This document shows, piece after piece, positions 59,105 to 64,000 of a stretch of DNA of 64,000 nt. The stretch is from assembly GCA_965221165.1 (NCBI GenBank), contig CBDCRP010000002.1:800001-864000 (forward strand). Reading direction: 5' to 3'. Each line of letters starts with the position of its first letter. Position 1 is the first letter of the stretch. The notes under the pieces are model-generated. The model was not told the origin of the DNA and searched no databases. It worked only from the letters and a program-made list of their open reading frames with translations. Position numbers and translations under genes: made by a program. The stretch is from a bacterium (lineage in GTDB: Bacteria > UBA8248).

Positions 59105-60057
59105 GTTTTTCCGGCCCGGTCGTTGCGCTTGCAGGCGGTGTAGGGGGCGCCAAACTCGCCGTCGGCCTCGCCCATGCGCTCCCCGAGAACAAGCTCACCG
59201 TCGTCGTGAACACGGCGGACGACCTGGTGCTCCACGGCCTGCACATCAGCCCGGACATCGACACCGTGATGTACAACCTGGCGGGCATGTCGAACCCCGA
59301 AACGGGCTGGGGCATCGACGGCGACCGAACGAGCGCCCTCGACCTGCTCGGGCGCTACGGGGGGCCGACCTGGTTCCGGCTGGGCGATCGGGATCTCGCG
59401 ACCCACATCCGGCGAACCCAGCGCCTGGCCGAGGGCGCGCGCCTGACGGAGGTGACGCGCGAACTCGCAGCCTCTCTGGGAATCAAGGCGAACATATTGC
59501 CCATGACGGACTCTTCCATCGCCACCCGGGTGAAGACGCCCGAGGGAGAACTCGAGTTTCAGGATTATTTCGTCGCCAGAGGAACGAGGCCGAGCGTATG
59601 CGGCGTGCGTTTTCAGGGGGCGGATGAGGCGAAAGCCACGCCGGAGGTCATGCGCGCGTTCGATGAGGCGCGCGCCATCGTTTTTTGTCCGTCCAATCCG
59701 ATTGTGAGCATCGGCCCCATTCTCGCGCTCTCGGACATCCACGAGCGGCTCCGCAGCGCTTCCGCGCCGCGCGTGGGGGTGAGCCCCATCATCGGGGGCG
59801 CAGCTTTGCGGGGTCCCGCCGCCGAGATGCTCAGTAGTCTGGGGCATGAGGTGTCGGCCTTGGGGGTAGCCCGGATTCTCGAAGACGTGCTCGACGGGTT
59901 CGTCGTGGACACCGAGGATGAGGCCCTGGTTTCATCCATCGAAGAAATGGGGCTCAGAAGCATCGCGCTGCCCAGCATCATGTCGGACGTTGCTTCCAAG
60001 AAAAAGCTGGCGCAAGGCGTTTTGGCGTTCGCCTCATCGGTGCAAAAGATGGCATAA
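59101..60057 (+). CDS. cofD: 2-phospho-L-lactate/PEP transferase (CofD/FbiA)
   Basis: ALAGGVGGAKL, VNTADD, ISPDIDTVMY, WFRLGDRDLATH, FQDYFV, PSNPIVSIGPI, VSPIIGG. Confidence 0.95.
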   Translation: MSFSGPVVALAGGVGGAKLAVGLAHALPENKLTVVVNTADDLVLHGLHISPDIDTVMYNLAGMSNPETGWGIDGDRTSALDLLGRYGGPTWFRLGDRDLATHIRRTQRLAEGARLTEVTRELAASLGIKANILPMTDSSIATRVKTPEGELEFQDYFVARGTRPSVCGVRFQGADEAKATPEVMRAFDEARAIVFCPSNPIVSIGPILALSDIHERLRSASAPRVGVSPIIGGAALRGPAAEMLSSLGHEVSALGVARILEDVLDGFVVDTEDEALVSSIEEMGLRSIALPSIMSDVASKKKLAQGVLAFASSVQKMA

Positions 60058-60108
60058 GAAAATTCAGGTATACTCAAAACACATTTTCTCTTGCACACTC
60101 CGGGATGA

Positions 60109-60765
60109 ATGATGAATTTTTCGAGCCATTGCGTCGCCCTGATACCCGTTCGCGATTTTAGAACCGGAAAGTCGAGGCTCTCGCAAACCCTGGATGAGAA
60201 CGCCAGAAATCAACTGGGCCGCTGGATGCTCGAGCGCGTCTTAAAGGCAGTCGGCGCCGCGAACCGCGTCGATGAAATTGCAGTGCTGAGCGATTCCGCC
60301 GAAGTCCTGACCCTGGCCGGGGAATACGGCTCCATCGGCCTGCTCGAAAAATCAGGCGGCCTCAACAACGATCTGGAAATCGGACGCTCGTGGGCGAAAC
60401 AAAAAAATGCCCGCTCTTTATTCATCGTGCATGGAGATTTGCCGTTTTTAACCACCGAAGAGGTGAACGCATTTCTGGAAGGGCGCGAATCGCCGGAAAA
60501 CGTCGAGCGCGAGGTACGCATCGCCAAATCGAAGGACAACGGCACGACCGCTCTGTTCATACAGCCAATCGACGCGATTCCCTTCCTGTTCGGAGAGCAG
60601 AGTTTCGAGAAACACCGCGCCGCCGCGCGAAAGAAGGGCTGTGAGGCGCAATCTTGTGAATCTTTCGGCTTCGCGCACGACATAGACTCTCCCGAGGACC
60701 TGGAATTCCTGCTCTCTCATGAGGGAGAAGCGCCCGGGTGGCTCGCTTCCGCTCCCATGAGATGA
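60109..60765 (+). CDS. cofC: 2-phospho-L-lactate/PEP guanylyltransferase (CofC/FbiD)
   Basis: LIPVR...GKSRLS, GGLN, HGDLP, NGTTAL, FGEQSFEKH, DIDSPEDL. Confidence 0.92.
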   Translation: MMNFSSHCVALIPVRDFRTGKSRLSQTLDENARNQLGRWMLERVLKAVGAANRVDEIAVLSDSAEVLTLAGEYGSIGLLEKSGGLNNDLEIGRSWAKQKNARSLFIVHGDLPFLTTEEVNAFLEGRESPENVEREVRIAKSKDNGTTALFIQPIDAIPFLFGEQSFEKHRAAARKKGCEAQSCESFGFAHDIDSPEDLEFLLSHEGEAPGWLASAPMR

Positions 60766-61523
60766 ACAGCGTCGAAATCATACCCCTCACCGGGTTGCCG
60801 GAAATTCAGGAAGGGGATGCGTTAGCGCCCCTGATCCTGGCGGCAATTGAGGCGAGCGGCGCGAAAATTCGGGATCGGGACATCCTCGTCCTCGCCCAGA
60901 AGATCATCAGCAAGGCGGAAGGCAGACTCCTGGACTTGAACAGCGTCGAACCATCCCGGGAAGCCCTGATCATTGCGAACCGAGACGGACGCGACCCGAG
61001 GCTGGTGGAGGCGGTGCTACGGGAGTCGAACGAAATCGTCGTCGCCTCAGAGCGCGCACTCATCGTGGAGCACCGCACGGGCGCGGTGTGCGCCCACGCG
61101 GGGATAGACCGCTCGAACGTCGAGGGGGGAGAGGATCAGGTGCTGTTGCTGCCCCGCGACGCCGACCTCTCCGCCCGAAAACTTCATGACGAGGTGAAGC
61201 GCGCGACGAACGCTTCCGTTCCCGTCCTCATCGCCGACACCCAGGGACGCGCCTTTCGCCGGGGCGTCGTCGGCGTGGCGATAGGCTGCGCCGGCCTCGA
61301 ACCCCTGGTGGACTTGAGGGGAGAGAAAGACCGCACGGGCCGCGCTCTCGAGATCACCATACTCGCGCATGCGGACGAAATCGCGGCGGCGGCGAGCCTG
61401 GTGATGGGACAGGACAAGCAGGGGGTTCCCGCCGTCCTGATTCGCGGTCTTGATTATCATGAGGGAAACGCTCCTGCGCGGGCTCTTTACCGCACGAAAG
61501 AAGAAGATCTGTTTCGCCCGTGA
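60762..61523 (+). CDS. cofE: F420-0:gamma-glutamate ligase
   Basis: GLPEIQEGD, AQKIISKAEGR, CAHAGIDRSN, DTQGRAFRRG, DRTGRAL, ADEIAAAA, EDLFR. Confidence 0.95.
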   Translation: MNSVEIIPLTGLPEIQEGDALAPLILAAIEASGAKIRDRDILVLAQKIISKAEGRLLDLNSVEPSREALIIANRDGRDPRLVEAVLRESNEIVVASERALIVEHRTGAVCAHAGIDRSNVEGGEDQVLLLPRDADLSARKLHDEVKRATNASVPVLIADTQGRAFRRGVVGVAIGCAGLEPLVDLRGEKDRTGRALEITILAHADEIAAAASLVMGQDKQGVPAVLIRGLDYHEGNAPARALYRTKEEDLFRP

Positions 61524-61553
61524 AACCACGACTCTTGATATGAGGATGCGCCC

Positions 61554-61886
61554 ATGGCCATATTTCACTGGAACGACGTCGAGAATAGACAACTGAACGA
61601 CATCATCCGGGGCAGAATCGTCAAGACGGACAACGTGATGGCGTGCAGGATCACGGCGAGCGCCGGAAAGCCCATCAAAACCCATACCCACGAATTCGAC
61701 CAGATAACCCACATGATTCGCGGAAAACTGAAGTTCCACTCCGGAGACGGGGAGCATCAAGTCGTTCAGGCGGGAGACGTGATGGTGTTCCCGGCGGGCA
61801 CCCCGCACGGAGGCGAAGTTCTCGAAGAAGCGGAATACATCGACATGTTCTCGCCGCCGAATCCGGATTTCCAGTGGGATAAATAG
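61554..61886 (+). CDS. Cupin domain protein
   Basis: HTHEFDQIT, GDVMVFPAGTPH, IDMFSPP. Confidence 0.88.
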   Translation: MAIFHWNDVENRQLNDIIRGRIVKTDNVMACRITASAGKPIKTHTHEFDQITHMIRGKLKFHSGDGEHQVVQAGDVMVFPAGTPHGGEVLEEAEYIDMFSPPNPDFQWDK

Positions 61887-61940
61887 GCTCATCCTACGGC
61901 GCTGAAAACTCCCTCCCTGGGGGATATTCAACGTCCGATC

Positions 61941-61980
61941 AGAAAACCGGCCCTCACAGGATCAGGAGAGCCGGCTTTCT
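61941..61980. terminator. Possible bidirectional terminator between convergent cupin and phage-like genes
   Basis: AGAAAACCGGC...GCCGGCTTTCT imperfect inverted repeat. Confidence 0.4.
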
Positions 61981-62179
61981 AGTTCTTGAATCGTTTGAGA
62001 CTCGTGTTTTTCCCCGGCTCCCGTCGGCTCATCCGCTCCAAGGCCAGACCGGCTTCCAGCGCCTCCTGGTTGAAGCGAAACTCCTCCCAGGAACACCGGG
62101 CGAGAAGATGCGGGGGGAGGCCGTAGGTCCTGGCCTGAAAATGAATCATCGCCAGAAGTTCTTTTCTATGCCGCCGGAA
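61979..62179 (-). CDS. Putative tail-assembly-chaperone frameshift extension (gpT-like)
   Basis: The +1 frame overlapping the chaperone end reads FRRHRKELLAMIHFQARTYGLPPHLL...WEEFRFN; position matches the G/GT arrangement. Confidence 0.55.
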   Translation of the reverse strand, partial: FRRHRKELLAMIHFQARTYGLPPHLLARCSWEEFRFNQEALEAGLALERMSRREPGKNTSLKRFKN

Positions 62180-62558
62180 ACTTATCGCCTCCCGGCGCGC
62201 CCTCCCCGGAGGCAGGGGCCGAAGCTTCCTCTTGTAAAGACGTGACGGCAGTGAAAATCGCATCCGCATCCGCCGGAGCGAGTTCATGGATGCTGAGTTC
62301 ATCCGGCAGGCAGCGCCCGGGCTCTTTTTCCGTCATCGAGCCGCGCTCGGGAACGAAGCAGCGCCTTAGTATGCAGTGCACCCACTCCCCCGTAAGCGCG
62401 TATCGCTCCTCTTCGCCCGCCGCGCCGTTCGATACGCCTGCGAACAACTTCGGATACGCAGCCATGTCCAGAAGATTGGGCGCGCGGACAAAACCCTTGA
62501 GCCCCGAGGGCAGGGTGATGGGCCTGCGGCCATGGTTTCTGTATTCTGATATTTCCAC
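62166..62558 (-). CDS. Putative phage tail assembly chaperone (gpG-like)
   Basis: 130 aa directly downstream of the tail tube; ITLPSG...VRAPNL; GTG start with GGGAG RBS. Assigned mainly by synteny. Confidence 0.65.
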   Translation of the reverse strand: MEISEYRNHGRRPITLPSGLKGFVRAPNLLDMAAYPKLFAGVSNGAAGEEERYALTGEWVHCILRRCFVPERGSMTEKEPGRCLPDELSIHELAPADADAIFTAVTSLQEEASAPASGEGAPGGDKFPAA

Positions 62559-62603
62559 GATATCTCCCGTTCGGTTTTCTCTGAATCGAGACTTAATTGT
62601 GGG

Positions 62604-62632
62604 AAAAAAGAATCCGCCCCTTTGAACGGCGG
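62604..62632 (-). terminator. Weak terminator after the tail tube gene
   Basis: Minus strand CCGCC-GTTCAAAGG-GGCGG followed by ATTCTTTTTT. Confidence 0.5.
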
Positions 62633-63772
62633 CTAGGTGAAGACGATAGAAATTTCGTCATCACCCGCATCGCGCGCCAGGCGAAACGGCGCATCGTAGG
62701 TCAACAGGCCGTCCCGGTCCCCGAAACCCAGATCCGTGTACTGGCACTTAGGCGCGGTGATCGTGCAGATGTTCCCGGCCCTCTGTCCGACCTGCACGCT
62801 CAGGGGAAGCTGCGCGCCGTTTTCCCAATCGCCGAACACGTCATCGCTGGCCTTGAGCACGGCTTCGGGGTCGAACGAGCCCGACGGAGCGCGACCCGTC
62901 ACCATGGCGTTCACGTGTCCGCCGGATGCGTTGGCGCTCTGGCGCAGAACCACGCTGTTGTTCATGGCGAAGCGGATGTTCGCCGCGTCGAAGTGAAACC
63001 CGCCGAACGAGAAGCCGCTCATGAGGACGGGTTCGGGGGTCTGGGCGTCGTAGGAATCTCCATGGAGCAGGGCTGCATCGCTCACTTCGAAATCGGCCGC
63101 CTCGAACTCCCAATCCACCGTGGGAACGCCATCCAGAGGACAATTGACCGAAAAACTCCCCATGCAGCCCAGATACATGATTCGCAGGCCGTCGATGTAT
63201 GTCGTCAGGCATATTTTCGTGTAGTTCGACTTATCGGATGCGGGCGCATAGGAGACGGAAGTGCCGGGGGTGATGGTCTCCGTCATCGCGCACGCCTTGA
63301 ACAACAGGCCGTAATCCGGCGCGACTCCCGCTACACCTGAACCGCGCAGCTCGGTGGAGAAGGAAACCTGGGCGGAGCGCTTCCCGGGAATCGACGGGAA
63401 GGGCGAGATGCTCGCATCCTTCACCGCGCGTTCTAGCTGCTCCACGCTGACCTCGTGCGCGAAGTTGCCCGCCCGGAACAATTCAGCGGCCACCGCCGGC
63501 CGATCCAGAAGATAAGCCGTGCCCGAAGCGGGCTCAGGATCCCAGGCGTCGTCTAGCGTAATCGTGTCCGATGCCGAGTCGAACTCCTGCACCCTTCTTT
63601 TCTGGCCGAGGCCCATGCCCCGGATCGTGCGCAGCACCGAGCCGTTCCAGAAATCATCTCCTTCTGAGAGCGCGGCGTCCACCAGAGTGGAAGCGTCGGC
63701 GGAATCCGCCACCAGTTCCCTCTCTTCCGTCGCGCCGATGGTTTGTAGATCCATCAATATCGTATCGCCCAT
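62633..63772 (-). CDS. Phage tail tube protein with an N-terminal accessory module
   Basis: VSFSTELRGSGVAGVAPDYGLLFKAC.MTET...SVSYAP, GSFDPEA, GNICTITAP.CQY, GDRDG, GDDEISIVFT; RBS GGAGGAG. Confidence 0.8.
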   Translation of the reverse strand: MGDTILMDLQTIGATEERELVADSADASTLVDAALSEGDDFWNGSVLRTIRGMGLGQKRRVQEFDSASDTITLDDAWDPEPASGTAYLLDRPAVAAELFRAGNFAHEVSVEQLERAVKDASISPFPSIPGKRSAQVSFSTELRGSGVAGVAPDYGLLFKACAMTETITPGTSVSYAPASDKSNYTKICLTTYIDGLRIMYLGCMGSFSVNCPLDGVPTVDWEFEAADFEVSDAALLHGDSYDAQTPEPVLMSGFSFGGFHFDAANIRFAMNNSVVLRQSANASGGHVNAMVTGRAPSGSFDPEAVLKASDDVFGDWENGAQLPLSVQVGQRAGNICTITAPKCQYTDLGFGDRDGLLTYDAPFRLARDAGDDEISIVFT

Positions 63773-63844
63773 TCTCTATTCTCCTCCTTCAGGTTTTTGA
63801 AGCGAAGGCGCATCCTTCGCCGGTTTTCATTCCCCGTTATCGAG

Positions 63845-64000
63845 TCAATCCCGCCGGATCCGCTCTATCGCCCGAACCCGGATTTCTGTGTAATGGCAAA
63901 GCACGTTTCCAAACGTTCTCAGTTCGATCAGGTCCACCTGCGGAGGCTGAAGACGCTCCAGGGAGCGAACGCGCGGCGCGCCTGATTCATCGAGGAGGCG
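63845..64000 (-). CDS. Phage tail-completion/terminator-like protein, 5' part outside window
   Basis: My translation: ...QPPQVDLIELRTFGNVLCHYTEIRVRAIERIRRD*. Resembles C-termini of phage proteins encoded just upstream of tail tubes. Confidence 0.55.
   Translation of the reverse strand, partial: RLLDESGAPRVRSLERLQPPQVDLIELRTFGNVLCHYTEIRVRAIERIRRD

Overview
GC-rich bacterial chromosomal window, probably a diderm: it has an outer-membrane uptake cluster and Sec/Tat-exported binding proteins. From left to right it holds: (1) a Dpp/Opp-type ABC transporter whose binding-protein gene is split by a 1-nt frameshift; (2) catabolic oxidoreductases, a serine hydrolase, a nucleoside deaminase and a creatininase, interspersed with decayed gene remnants (M20 deacylase, xanthine-dehydrogenase-family Mo subunit, IS481 transposase); (3) a stack of palindromic repeats and a ~1.9 kb AbiEi/AbiEii-remnant insert bounded by a 429-bp direct repeat of an RND gene 3' end; (4) a DUF1302-DUF1329-YCF48-RND cluster and a CUT1 ABC transporter; (5) USP, Qor and LLM genes, an aldolase/FAH/LeuCD-like catabolic group, hemE-hemH-hemY, tRNA-Cys, glgX-glgB, a TarD-like enolase, a CitE-like lyase, an amidase with a GatC/AtzG-like tail, aroE and a CoA transferase; (6) a complete coenzyme F420 biosynthesis operon (cofG-cofH-[FrhB/FpoF-like]-[FbiE-like nitroreductase]-cofD-cofC-cofE); (7) at the right edge, a phage-type tail module (terminator-like gene, tail tube, assembly chaperone with a candidate +1 frameshift) that stops without a tape-measure gene. 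The best leads are the FrhB/FpoF-like gene inside the F420 operon, the tape-measure-less tail module, and a small co-varying hairpin shared by three repeat contexts. All family assignments are from motif recognition by eye; no database search was run.
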